A stretch of DNA of 64,000 nt from an uncultured Verrucomicrobiota bacterium (GTDB lineage Bacteria; Verrucomicrobiota; Kiritimatiellia; Kiritimatiellales; Tichowtungiaceae): contig CAIKGD010000012.1 of the NCBI GenBank assembly GCA_903826865.1, forward strand, positions 2,362 to 66,361. Direction: 5' to 3'. The position numbers and the translations under genes are program-made. Of the stretch, positions 55,754-64,000 are shown piece after piece (within the stretch, counting starts at the first letter, position 1; each line of letters starts with the position of its first letter). Below the pieces are notes generated by a model. That model did not search any database and was not told where the DNA came from. It saw only the letters and a list, made by a program, of their open reading frames with translations.

Positions 55754-56488
55754 ATGAATCTGAAACTGATCAGTTGCGAAATTTTTTACCGTGAAATGTG
55801 CGCGGCGGTCGCGCACAGCCCGCACCGCGTGGATATCACCTTCCTGCCGAAAGGACTGCACGACCTGCCGCCCGGTCAGATGCCGGTCAAAATGCAGGAA
55901 GCTATTGATGCGGTTGACGGAACCTATGACGCCATTCTGCTCGGCTACGGCCTTTGCAACAACGGACTGGCCGGCGTCCGCGCCCGCAACTGTCCGCTGA
56001 TTCTGCCGCGGGCGCACGACTGCATCACCCTGTTCCTCGGCGGACGCGACCGCTACCGCGAATATTTCGACACGCATCCCGGCACCTACTTTCTCACCAG
56101 CGGATGGCTTGAGCGCGGCGAAACCTCCGGCGATCTGGCTGAACTTTCCGTGCAGGCGCAGCTCGGCATGAATCTGACGTTGCAGGAAATGGTCGAACAA
56201 TACGGCGAAGACAACGCGGAATATCTGTACGAAACGCTCTGTCAGGGAACCCGCAACTACAGTCACTTCGCCTGGATTCCGATGGGCGTCGAACCGCCGG
56301 GCATGGAGCAGACCGCGCGGCAGAAAGCCGGTGAACGCGGCTGGAGTTTTGAAACCGTCCCCGGCGATATGACCCTCATCCGCAAACTGGTCAACGGCGG
56401 CTGGAACGAAAAGGAATTCCTGACCGTTCCGCCCGGCTCTGCCGTCAAAGCCGCCTACGACGGCTCCATCGTCGCCGGCATTCAGTAA
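55754..56488 (+). CDS. DUF1638-family protein
   Basis: MNLKLISCEIFYRE...LHDLP...ILLGYGLCNNGLAGV...LILPRAHDCITLFLGGRDRY. The start is trimmed to ATG 55754. The family name is from memory of the signature. Confidence 0.7.
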   Translation: MNLKLISCEIFYREMCAAVAHSPHRVDITFLPKGLHDLPPGQMPVKMQEAIDAVDGTYDAILLGYGLCNNGLAGVRARNCPLILPRAHDCITLFLGGRDRYREYFDTHPGTYFLTSGWLERGETSGDLAELSVQAQLGMNLTLQEMVEQYGEDNAEYLYETLCQGTRNYSHFAWIPMGVEPPGMEQTARQKAGERGWSFETVPGDMTLIRKLVNGGWNEKEFLTVPPGSAVKAAYDGSIVAGIQ

Positions 56489-56626
56489 AAGATTCCGCAC
56501 CGGCCGCAAAGGCGGACGGTTGCGCCCTGCCTTTGGAATGTCACCATTTTACCGATTATCACGCGTATTCGGTATTAGACCGGATAACGATTGAAACGTC
56601 GTGACGGACGACGGCCGCAACCGTTT

Positions 56627-58336
56627 TCAGGTGCACGCGCCGAACAAATTGCCCGGATTGAGACGCTGTTCCGGATCGAAGACCTGCCTGAGCGCGCGCA
56701 TTTCACCGATGCCGCGCGGGCCGAACATGATTTCCAGCATCGGCGCTTTGAGTTTGCCGATGCCGTGTTCGGCGGAAACGGTTCCGCCAAGCCGCACGGC
56801 GGTGCGCGCCCACTCCAGATACAGTTCACAGCCCTTCCGGCAGTCCGCCGTACTGGACGGCAGAATATTGACGTGCAGGTGATTGCTGCCGATATGTCCG
56901 AAAATCACATAATCCAAACCGGCCGCTTTCAGGTCGCGCCGGTAGCGCTCCAGCATTACGGCAAGGTGTGCATCCGGCACGGCCATATCGGTACCGAGCT
57001 TGGTCAGCGCCGGTTCATTTTTGCGGCGCTCATCAATCAGCCGGTTAACCGCTTCCGGTAATGCGTGGCGGAACGCTTTGAATTTATCCATATCGCGTTC
57101 CGTCGTCGCCAGCCAGGATTGTTTCTCGGCGGCGCCGCAGTCCGATAGTTTCTCCGCCGCAGCGGCGGCCGCGTCGTCATCCGGCGCGTGCAGTTCGGCA
57201 TAGACCGCCGTGTGAAAATGCGGCGGCAGTTCCGGCAGAGCTGAAATTGCGGCAATGTTTGACCGCTCGCGGCGCAGCAGATTCAGTGCATGACTGTCAA
57301 AAAACTCCAGCGCCGCCAGCCGAGTGCCGCCCGTCGCACGTGCGGCGATTACCCACTGCACTGCGGCAGCCTGATCCGGGAAGAAAAACATCAAACCCCA
57401 GCGCACAGCCGGTTCCGGCTGTAACTGAAGTTCGAGTCCGGAGAAAATTCCCAGCGTGCCTTCCGAGCCGATAAACAAATCCACCAAATCCATATTATCG
57501 GCGGCAAAGTAGCCGGCGGCATTTTTCGTGTCCGGCATGGTATAGTCCGGCAACCGTCCGGCCAGCCGACGGTGTCCTTCAGTTTCCAGCATAAAGGCGC
57601 GGCCTTGCGCCCGCACTGCGCCGCGCCGTAACGCAACCACATCGCCGTCCGGAAGCATCAGACGCAGTCCGGCGATGTGCTGCCGCATCGCGCCGTACCG
57701 GAAGGTGCAGGCACCGGAGGCATTACACGCCGCCATGCCGCCGAGCGTGGCGGTAGTCTCCGTGGGGTCGGGCGGAAAAAACTGCGGCGGCGCGGCGCGC
57801 AAGGCCGCAAGCGCCGTGAGCGATTCCATACTCCAGCCGGTGGTATCGAATTCGCGTGCGGTCAGCATCCGGCGCAGATCCTGCAGGATAACACCCGGCT
57901 GCACTGTGACGGTAAACCGGCCGTCACCGGTCTGCCGCATGCCCGAAACGCGGTTCATACGGCTCAAATTAATGATCAGTCCGCCGTCCGGCACGGCGCC
58001 GCCGGTGAGGCCGGTGCGCCCGCCCTGCACCGTTACGGCCCAGCCGCGTTCGCGCGCAACATCCAGTGCTGCAACAATTTCCGACCCGGTATGCGGCAGC
58101 GCCAGCGCCGCCGCGCTGCCGGTACGGCGCGATTCGTCACGCAAAAAATCAGAATGTGTGCAGGCAACGTCTTCAAAAATGCAGTCGCTGGACATGGCAG
58201 AAATATGCTCCAAGACCCGCGCGGAGTCGATGTAACTTCCGGCGAGTCTTCTAATGGCCGGAACTGTTGCAAAAAAAAGTTTCAATGTCTGGATTTTTTG
58301 AAGCAAATCAATATGCTGGTGCGGCTTAAAAAACAA
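56627..58336 (-). CDS. FAD-linked oxidase (GlcD / D-lactate dehydrogenase-like)
   Basis: FAD-binding PCMH region VTVQGGRTGLTGGAVP and a C-terminal GGTVSAEHGIGKLK. The start is uncertain (58336 or an internal Met). Confidence 0.88.
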   Translation of the reverse strand: MFFKPHQHIDLLQKIQTLKLFFATVPAIRRLAGSYIDSARVLEHISAMSSDCIFEDVACTHSDFLRDESRRTGSAAALALPHTGSEIVAALDVARERGWAVTVQGGRTGLTGGAVPDGGLIINLSRMNRVSGMRQTGDGRFTVTVQPGVILQDLRRMLTAREFDTTGWSMESLTALAALRAAPPQFFPPDPTETTATLGGMAACNASGACTFRYGAMRQHIAGLRLMLPDGDVVALRRGAVRAQGRAFMLETEGHRRLAGRLPDYTMPDTKNAAGYFAADNMDLVDLFIGSEGTLGIFSGLELQLQPEPAVRWGLMFFFPDQAAAVQWVIAARATGGTRLAALEFFDSHALNLLRRERSNIAAISALPELPPHFHTAVYAELHAPDDDAAAAAAEKLSDCGAAEKQSWLATTERDMDKFKAFRHALPEAVNRLIDERRKNEPALTKLGTDMAVPDAHLAVMLERYRRDLKAAGLDYVIFGHIGSNHLHVNILPSSTADCRKGCELYLEWARTAVRLGGTVSAEHGIGKLKAPMLEIMFGPRGIGEMRALRQVFDPEQRLNPGNLFGACT

Positions 58337-58381
58337 ACCGGACGGGAAAGTCCGGCACGCTGAAAATCAAAAGGAACGACC

Positions 58382-60040
58382 ATGAATAAGATTCCCGCCA
58401 TTCAAAATGCTGTCCAGCTGATCGGCCCAGACAAGCTGATTCTCAATGCCGCCAAAGCGGTTCACCAGCCCAACGATTATCAGATGCTCTGCAAAGTCAT
58501 TGTCGTGGGTCTCTGCTTTTCCGACCTGAAACTGCTCAAACAGTTTTCCGGACATGTCCGTAAATCGGAAGTACTCAGCGGCATTGATCCGCAGGTTCTC
58601 AAAGAAAACCCGGCCTACGTTCCCGGCGAACTGCCGACCGTCCCCGGTCACGAGCCGGTGGTCGAAATCGTCAGGACCGGCGCCAAAGTCAAAAAATTTA
58701 AAGCCGGCGAACGGTACATGATTCAGGCCGACTGGCGCTGGCTGGCCACAGCCAACTCCAACGGCGCGTTCGGCTATAACTTTGAAGGCGCACTGCAGGA
58801 ATATGTCCTGCTCGATGAACGGATTGTTATCTCTCCCGCCGGCATTTCCATGCTGCTGCCCGCCCCGGCAGGCCAGCGCTCCGCCTCAGCCTTCGCGCTT
58901 TCAGAACCGTGGGCCTGCGGCGAAGACGCCTATCAGGAAGTTCAGCGGCAGGGACTGAAAAAAGGCGGACGCCTGCTGATCGTCTCCAATACCTGCGGCG
59001 ATAAAGAAGCCGGGCGGAAGTTTTTTGCCTCACAGGAAAAACCCGCTGAAACCGTCAAAGTCGGTCTGGCCGGGGGCTGCAAGTGCGAAGGGGCTCTGTC
59101 GAGTCTCGACGAAGTCGCCGACAACTCGTTCGACGACATTATGTACTTCGGCGCGGATGCCGCCGTGGTTGAAAAAATCTTCGCCAAAGGGAAAAAAGGC
59201 GCATTGTTCATTCTCTGCCAGTGCGGCCAAAAATTCGGCAGGCCGGTCATGACTGCGGTCGGCGGCGTGCATTACCGCGGCTTCCGCATCATCGGTACCG
59301 CCGGCAATAACCCCGCCGATGCTGTCGCGGCCATTCCCCTGCGCTGTGAAATGCGCAAAGGTGGCAAAGTCAATGTCATCGGAGCCGCCGGTCCGATGGG
59401 CGTAACCCATGTCATCCGCGACCTCTGCGTCGGCGACGGCGTCACGGTTTACGCAGCCGACCTCAGCGACGAACGTCTCGCCGCGCTTGCGAAAATCGCT
59501 GAGCCGACCGCCAAAATCAACGGAAACACCTACGTGGGATACAACCCGAAAGTCACCCAGCCGGACGTGCTTTTTGATATGCAGGTAGTCATGGCGCCGG
59601 TTCCGGCGCTGGTTGCCGCCGCCATCAAAACCACCGCGCCGAAAGGCGTCATTGATATTTTCGCCGGCATTCCGGCCGACAAGTACGGCGAAATTGATCT
59701 CGATGCCTACTGCGAAAAACAGCTCTATTTCATCGGCACGTCCGGCTCGACCATGGACGACATTCAGATCGTTCTGAATCATGTCGCGGAAGGCCGCATC
59801 GACACCAACGTTTCGGTTGCCGCCGTCAGCGGTCTCGACGAGGCTGTGCTCGGCATCCGCAAGGTGGAGAAACAGGAAGTCCCCGGCAAGATCATGGTCT
59901 ACCCTTCCTGCAAAGGACTCAAACTGACCCTGCTTTCAGACCTCGCCGGCGTCCTGCCCGGCGTTGCCGCCAAGCTGAAAAACGGTGTATGGACCAAAGA
60001 GGCGGAAGAAGCCCTGCTCGCTCATTACGCACAGGCGTAA
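58382..60040 (+). CDS. medium-chain (zinc-type) dehydrogenase/reductase-like protein with extra inserted region, 552 aa
   Basis: GLCFSDLK and PGHEPVVEI GroES-like motifs. Rossmann motif VNVIGAAGPMG. Confidence 0.8.
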   Translation: MNKIPAIQNAVQLIGPDKLILNAAKAVHQPNDYQMLCKVIVVGLCFSDLKLLKQFSGHVRKSEVLSGIDPQVLKENPAYVPGELPTVPGHEPVVEIVRTGAKVKKFKAGERYMIQADWRWLATANSNGAFGYNFEGALQEYVLLDERIVISPAGISMLLPAPAGQRSASAFALSEPWACGEDAYQEVQRQGLKKGGRLLIVSNTCGDKEAGRKFFASQEKPAETVKVGLAGGCKCEGALSSLDEVADNSFDDIMYFGADAAVVEKIFAKGKKGALFILCQCGQKFGRPVMTAVGGVHYRGFRIIGTAGNNPADAVAAIPLRCEMRKGGKVNVIGAAGPMGVTHVIRDLCVGDGVTVYAADLSDERLAALAKIAEPTAKINGNTYVGYNPKVTQPDVLFDMQVVMAPVPALVAAAIKTTAPKGVIDIFAGIPADKYGEIDLDAYCEKQLYFIGTSGSTMDDIQIVLNHVAEGRIDTNVSVAAVSGLDEAVLGIRKVEKQEVPGKIMVYPSCKGLKLTLLSDLAGVLPGVAAKLKNGVWTKEAEEALLAHYAQA

Positions 60041-60042
60041 TG

Positions 60043-60137
60043 AATTTTCGAAACCCGAATTCCGAAGCACGAAAAAAATAAAATCAATATATAGAAAACA
60101 CACTGTTTCAGATTTCGATATTCGTGCTTTGAATTTA
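60043..60137. repeat. cargo-less short-motif element (TTCGAA/CACGAA type)
   Basis: aattttcgaaacccgaattccgaagcacgaaa faces tttcagatttcgatattcgtgctttgaattt across an AT-rich centre. Confidence 0.6.
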
Positions 60138-60154
60138 AAATCAGGAGTTAACCC

Positions 60155-60958
60155 ATGATGCTCAACAATAAAATTGCTGTTGTAACCGGCGCGGCCCAGG
60201 GTCTGGGCGAAGCCCTCTGCCTGCGCCTTGCCAAAGAAGGCTGCCACGTCGTCATCGGCGACATGAATGAAAAAGGCGCCGCCGAAACCGCCGTGAAAGC
60301 CGGCCGGACCGGACGCAAAGCTTTTTCCATGAAAGTGGACGTCTCCAAAGAAGATGACGTCGCCGCCCTCTTTAAAAAAGCAATGGATGAATTCGGGCGC
60401 GTTGATATCGTCATCGCCAATGCCGCCATTCTGATCGCCGAGCCGATTGCCGAGGCCAACGCCGCCAAATGGCAGGCCGTCATGAACGTAAACCTTTTCG
60501 GCTGTTTCCTGACGTTCAAGCACGCCGCCAAAATCATGAAAGCGCAGAAGAGCGGCGTGATGATTCAGATCAACTCCAAGTCGGGCAAAAAAGGCAGCGC
60601 GGCCAACTCCGCGTATGCCGCCAGCAAATTCGGCGGCATCGGCCTCGTCCAGAGCGTCGCACTCGAACTGGCTCCCTTCGGTATCCGCTGCAACGCCGTC
60701 TGCCCCGGCAACCTGCTCAACGGCACGCTCTGGATGGATCCGGAAAAAGGACTTTTCAAACAGTACTTCGAGGCCGGGAAAGTTCCGGGCGCGAAAAGCA
60801 TCGAAGACGTCAAACAGTTCTACATGAACCAGGTTCCGATGCGCCGCGGCTGCGAATATGAAGATGTCGAAAACGTCGTGGTATTCCTCGCCTCCGACCT
60901 GGCTTCCTACATGACCGGCCAGGCGATCAACGTCACCGGCGGTCAGGAAATGAAGTAG
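60155..60958 (+). CDS. short-chain dehydrogenase/reductase, sorbitol-6-phosphate dehydrogenase (SrlD)-like
   Basis: VVTGAAQGLG, INSKSGKKGS, YAASKFGG and the C-terminal YMTGQAINVTGGQ. It resembles E. coli SrlD along its length, by recollection. Confidence 0.9.
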   Translation: MMLNNKIAVVTGAAQGLGEALCLRLAKEGCHVVIGDMNEKGAAETAVKAGRTGRKAFSMKVDVSKEDDVAALFKKAMDEFGRVDIVIANAAILIAEPIAEANAAKWQAVMNVNLFGCFLTFKHAAKIMKAQKSGVMIQINSKSGKKGSAANSAYAASKFGGIGLVQSVALELAPFGIRCNAVCPGNLLNGTLWMDPEKGLFKQYFEAGKVPGAKSIEDVKQFYMNQVPMRRGCEYEDVENVVVFLASDLASYMTGQAINVTGGQEMK

Positions 60959-60990
60959 CTGGCGCAGCCGACACGAATTTTCAGCCGCCA

Positions 60991-61089
60991 ACCCGCCCCG
61001 GCCTGCGGCCACCCCTCCCATGGAGGGGAATGAAAAAGCCCGCCACAAAATCCCCTCCGCCGGAGGGGTGCCGGGACGGCGGGGTGGGT
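60991..61089. repeat. palindromic intergenic element, copy 2 (inverted relative to copy 1)
   Basis: The reverse complement begins acccaccccgccgtcccggcacccct, identical to 19958-19983, and ends ggaggggtggccgcaggccggggcgggt. Confidence 0.75.
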
Positions 61090-61243
61090 CGTTTTTTGTA
61101 TAACTGCATGATAGAGAAAACGCTTCGTATTGACCGTCTGTTCATTTCGCATACAGTTCCGCCTGTTGGTTCGCTTTATGAAAACGCATAAACCGAGGTT
61201 AAAGTTCGTTCAATAATACAGTCCGGTGAGAGAAGAAGGATAG

Positions 61244-61648
61244 ATGAAGAAGCTAATAGCAGTAGTGGCGTGTGCAATGTGTGTGGCAACGGAGTGTGTC
61301 TGGGCGCAAGAGGCATCCGTGACCAGCCTTTCTCCATCCGTGGTGAAGACTGTTCCAGAATCGGGAACCACGAACATTGACGCACAAGCAACAACGCAGA
61401 TCAAAGTGACGTTCAGCAAGGAAATGCTGGATGGCAGTTGGTCGTGGGGGCAGATGTCCAAGGAGACATTCCCGGAAATGGTGGGCAATCCGAAGTATCT
61501 CGAAGACAAGAAGACCTGCGTGATCGACGTCAAGCTTCAGCCGAAGACGACTTATGTGATTTGGCTGAACACTGAGAAGCTCCACGGATTCAAGGACACG
61601 AACAAGAAATCGTCTGCTCCGTATCTCCTTGTTTTTCAAACCGAGTAG
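61244..61648 (+). CDS. small secreted Ig-like (SbsA/Big_5-like) domain protein
   Basis: Signal peptide MKKLIAVVACAMCVATECVWA, then VVKTVPESGTTNIDAQATTQIKVTFSKEM... Its codon usage is atypical for the window. Confidence 0.65.
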   Translation: MKKLIAVVACAMCVATECVWAQEASVTSLSPSVVKTVPESGTTNIDAQATTQIKVTFSKEMLDGSWSWGQMSKETFPEMVGNPKYLEDKKTCVIDVKLQPKTTYVIWLNTEKLHGFKDTNKKSSAPYLLVFQTE

Positions 61649-61757
61649 GATGGGAGAAGATCATCGAACCAGAAACTCCAGACTATCTCGCGCCGCTCGG
61701 AGTCTGAGTTTCGCCGTTGACTGTGTCTCCGTCCGGCCGGTTTAAAGGTTTAGAAAA

Positions 61758-62885
61758 TCAGCGGATTTCGTCGTCGATAATGGCGGCAACGCGACCGGCG
61801 GGACGCCCGGCTCCAAGCAGTTTTTCCAGAGCCTGGAAATTTCCGATCATCGCCGTGCGCAAGGGCGTATCGTTCATCAGCGGATCAATGGCGGCGGCCA
61901 GCCGGATAGGCGTCATATGGTGCTGGATCCGCTCGGGCATGATTTCCCGGCCTGAAACAATATTGGCGATACCGAGCCACGGGATACGGATGAGCGCACG
62001 GCCGAGCAGGTAATTGGGCCAGCTGGCGCGGTAAACCAATACCGTCGGGCAGCGCAGCAGCGCGGCCTCCAGCGTCGCCGTGCCGGAGGCGACAAAAGCG
62101 GCATCGGCCTGTTTGAGCACTTCGCGCGCTTTGCCGGTCACAATCGAAATAGTACGCGGCGCTTTGCCCGTTTTCTGCAGAATAGATTCAACCAGCGCCA
62201 GACGGCGCTCCGGAACCGGGATCAGAAAAGAGAGGTCAGGGCGCGACTGTTCGAGCAGTTGCGCCGCTTCGAGCAGGCCGGGCAGAATATAGACGATTTC
62301 CTGTTTGCGGCTGCCGGGCAGCAGCGCGATTTTCTTTTTGCCGTTCCACGGCAGCGGCACCGGCTCTTCCGCGCGGAATTCGCGCAACTCGTCCACCATT
62401 GGATGGCCGACAAAATCAACCTTAAGGGCAACGTCTTTGAAGACCTCGACCTCGAACGGGAAAATCACCATCAGCCGGTCGATAATTTCAGCCATCTTCG
62501 GAATGCGTCCGCGGTTCCACGCCCAGACCTGCGGGCAGACATAATAGAGCACTTTGATGCCGCGCTTTTTGAGTTCGCGGGCGAGGCGCAGATTGAAGCC
62601 GGGATAATCCACCAGCAGTGCAGCGTCCGGTCTGCGTTTATCCGCTTCCGCCAGCAATTCATTGAACGTTTTTTTGAAAAACGGATAGCGTTTGAGCACT
62701 TCAACAAAGCCGAGCACATCCATCTCTTTGGTATCGTGCAGCAATTCCATTCCTTCAGCGCGGAGCCTGCCGCCGCCGATTCCCCAGAACGTCAGATCCG
62801 GACGCTTTGTTTTCAGTTCGCGGATCACATCCGCCGCGTGCATATCGCCGGAATCTTCGCCTGCTATGACCAGAAGTGATTTCAT
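61758..62885 (-). CDS. lpxB: lipid-A-disaccharide synthase
   Basis: LVIAGEDSGDMHAADVIRELK, YYVCPQVWAWN and ALLPGSR. Confidence 0.93.
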   Translation of the reverse strand: MKSLLVIAGEDSGDMHAADVIRELKTKRPDLTFWGIGGGRLRAEGMELLHDTKEMDVLGFVEVLKRYPFFKKTFNELLAEADKRRPDAALLVDYPGFNLRLARELKKRGIKVLYYVCPQVWAWNRGRIPKMAEIIDRLMVIFPFEVEVFKDVALKVDFVGHPMVDELREFRAEEPVPLPWNGKKKIALLPGSRKQEIVYILPGLLEAAQLLEQSRPDLSFLIPVPERRLALVESILQKTGKAPRTISIVTGKAREVLKQADAAFVASGTATLEAALLRCPTVLVYRASWPNYLLGRALIRIPWLGIANIVSGREIMPERIQHHMTPIRLAAAIDPLMNDTPLRTAMIGNFQALEKLLGAGRPAGRVAAIIDDEIR

Positions 62886-62888
62886 GAA

Positions 62889-63713
62889 TTAATTCTGCGC
62901 CTCAAGAACCGTAACGGCAAGACCCATGGCGTCGGCCTGAGCAACGAGTTCTTCTTTGTGAAGCAGAATGGCACCGCCTGCTTCGATGGCGAGGCAGGAA
63001 GCTTTGGATTTTTTGAGCGACCTGAGCGTCCACTTTCCAATGACCGGAATATCAAAGCGCATATCGTGTCCATGCTTTGGAACTTTAACGACGACCGCTC
63101 CGCGTCCGCCGAGTTTTCCGCCGCGCCGGATGGCTTTATCCGTGCCTTCAAACGCTTCGACGGCGAGAATCATGCCCTCTTTGACAACGACCGTCTGGCC
63201 GATGTCGAGGTGGCTGGTCTCTTTGATAACACGGCGTCCGATGGCGATGTCATTGAGTTCGCGTGCATCCGGTGCGCGGGCGGTGAGGAGTCCGGCGGCA
63301 GGCATGTAATCCTGCATAAAAGAGCTGGCGGGCAGCAGTTTCACGCCGGTTTTTTCGATTTCCGCCGTGATGCCTCCGAAAATGGTGTGGGCATTTTTGA
63401 CCGGCAGGCTTTTAAGCAGATCGAGCAGTACCTTATCCATCCGGACACAGAACAGGTTTTTCGGGTTGATCTGTCCGGCCATGACCGCATGCTTTGCCCC
63501 GTTCTTTTTTAGCGTGTTAAGCAATGCACCCAGACTGCCGACATGCAGCCAGACAACTTCGTCGGCAACCTGCGCGATTTCGCGGCGGGTTTCGCCTTTG
63601 AAGGCGACTGCGAAAATGCGCTTTACGCCGTGCGCACGGGCGGCGCGGGCGAGCAGCAAAGGATAGTCGGCCCGCCCGGCAATCAAAGCAAGTGTTTCGG
63701 GAGTTTCGTTCAT
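62889..63713 (-). CDS. lpxI: UDP-2,3-diacylglucosamine pyrophosphatase LpxI (DUF1009) family
   Basis: LALIAGRADYPLLLARAA..., the position immediately upstream of lpxB, and its size of 274 aa. Confidence 0.75.
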   Translation of the reverse strand: MNETPETLALIAGRADYPLLLARAARAHGVKRIFAVAFKGETRREIAQVADEVVWLHVGSLGALLNTLKKNGAKHAVMAGQINPKNLFCVRMDKVLLDLLKSLPVKNAHTIFGGITAEIEKTGVKLLPASSFMQDYMPAAGLLTARAPDARELNDIAIGRRVIKETSHLDIGQTVVVKEGMILAVEAFEGTDKAIRRGGKLGGRGAVVVKVPKHGHDMRFDIPVIGKWTLRSLKKSKASCLAIEAGGAILLHKEELVAQADAMGLAVTVLEAQN

Positions 63714-63780
63714 GGCATGGAAAATGGCAGAAGTTTACACTCCTTGGAACTTTTTTCTCCAAGGTTTGATAACCTCCGGC

Positions 63781-63808
63781 TTGTTGCAACCGCGCCAATC
63801 TCTATAAT
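63781..63808 (+). promoter_or_regulatory. candidate promoter giving a (near-)leaderless transcript for the 63818 gene
   Basis: TTGTTG (63781-63786), a 16-nt spacer and a consensus TATAAT (63803-63808). The ATG is only 9 nt downstream and has no Shine-Dalgarno. Confidence 0.35.
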
Positions 63809-63817
63809 GCGCCGCCT

Positions 63818-64000
63818 ATGAGTTATTCACCTGAAATCAAACGGGTTTTGCGCAACATCACGATCGGACAGTGCGCCGGGCTGCTCGGCCCGCTTCTTTT
63901 CGGCAACGGTTTTATGCTGGCCTATGTGCTGCGGCTGGGCATTCCCTCCCACCGTATTCTGTTTCTTTTCGCGCTGCTTCCGCTGATCAGCATGGCGCTG
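63818..64000 (+). CDS. membrane (MFS-like) protein, N-terminal 61 aa only (3' end outside window)
   Basis: The frame is open from ATG 63818 to the window end: MSYSPEIKRVLRNITIGQCAGLLGPLLFGNGFMLAYVLRLGIPSHRILFLFALLPLISMAL, which is hydrophobic and helix-like. Confidence 0.5.
   Translation, partial: MSYSPEIKRVLRNITIGQCAGLLGPLLFGNGFMLAYVLRLGIPSHRILFLFALLPLISMAL

Noticed and set aside
43376-60137. Short-motif repeats as a CRISPR array.
   Set aside because: The repeat units are only 8-9 nt, degenerate and directly tandem, with no unique spacers of regular length. No cas genes are present.

Overview
This is a high-GC bacterial chromosomal segment with about 55 protein genes and one tRNA. I saw no rRNA, CRISPR array, transposase, integrase or phage genes. 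Most of it is core housekeeping: tkt, zwf, cutA, priA, nadD, rsfS, cspA, proC, yggS, holA, tmk, holB, aroQ, gcvPA/gcvPB, trpD and lpxB/lpxI. The gene content suggests a PVC-type Gram-negative organism (Verrucomicrobiota, Kiritimatiellota or Lentisphaerota-like); this is inference only. It rests on a PEP-CTERM protein, a HEAT-tailed sulfatase, a giant exoprotein with autotransporter-type repeats, GxxExxY and four-helix-bundle genes, and LpxI. Five things deserve a second look. (1) At 2.6-17.9 kb there is a bimodular NRPS with an internal Fmt-like formyltransferase domain and a Cys-type (GWCYG) thioesterase. It is followed by a PBP5-type DD-carboxypeptidase, is divergent from an Sfp-type PPTase plus GT2 and GT4 genes, and is convergent with a tight five-gene operon that joins an LptF/G-family permease to two Opp/Dpp-type ATPases. 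(2) A family of intergenic elements built from tandem degenerate 8-9-mers arranged as inverted arms fills almost every spacer between 43.4 and 49.6 kb and recurs elsewhere. Two copies carry a single small gene: a GxxExxY gene splitting gcvPA/gcvPB, and a four-helix-bundle gene fused onto trpD. (3) Around a carboxylesterase gene there is a 97-bp direct duplication of a DUF1638 gene 5' end, plus three copies of a short gene-3'-end module encoding ...D(A/T)IAKRLR-stop. (4) A ~90-100-bp palindromic element occurs twice. (5) The initiator-type tRNA-Met has a U1-U72 mismatch and only two G:C pairs at the bottom of the anticodon stem. All calls come from reading motifs by eye. No database search was possible, so family names are recognition-level assignments.
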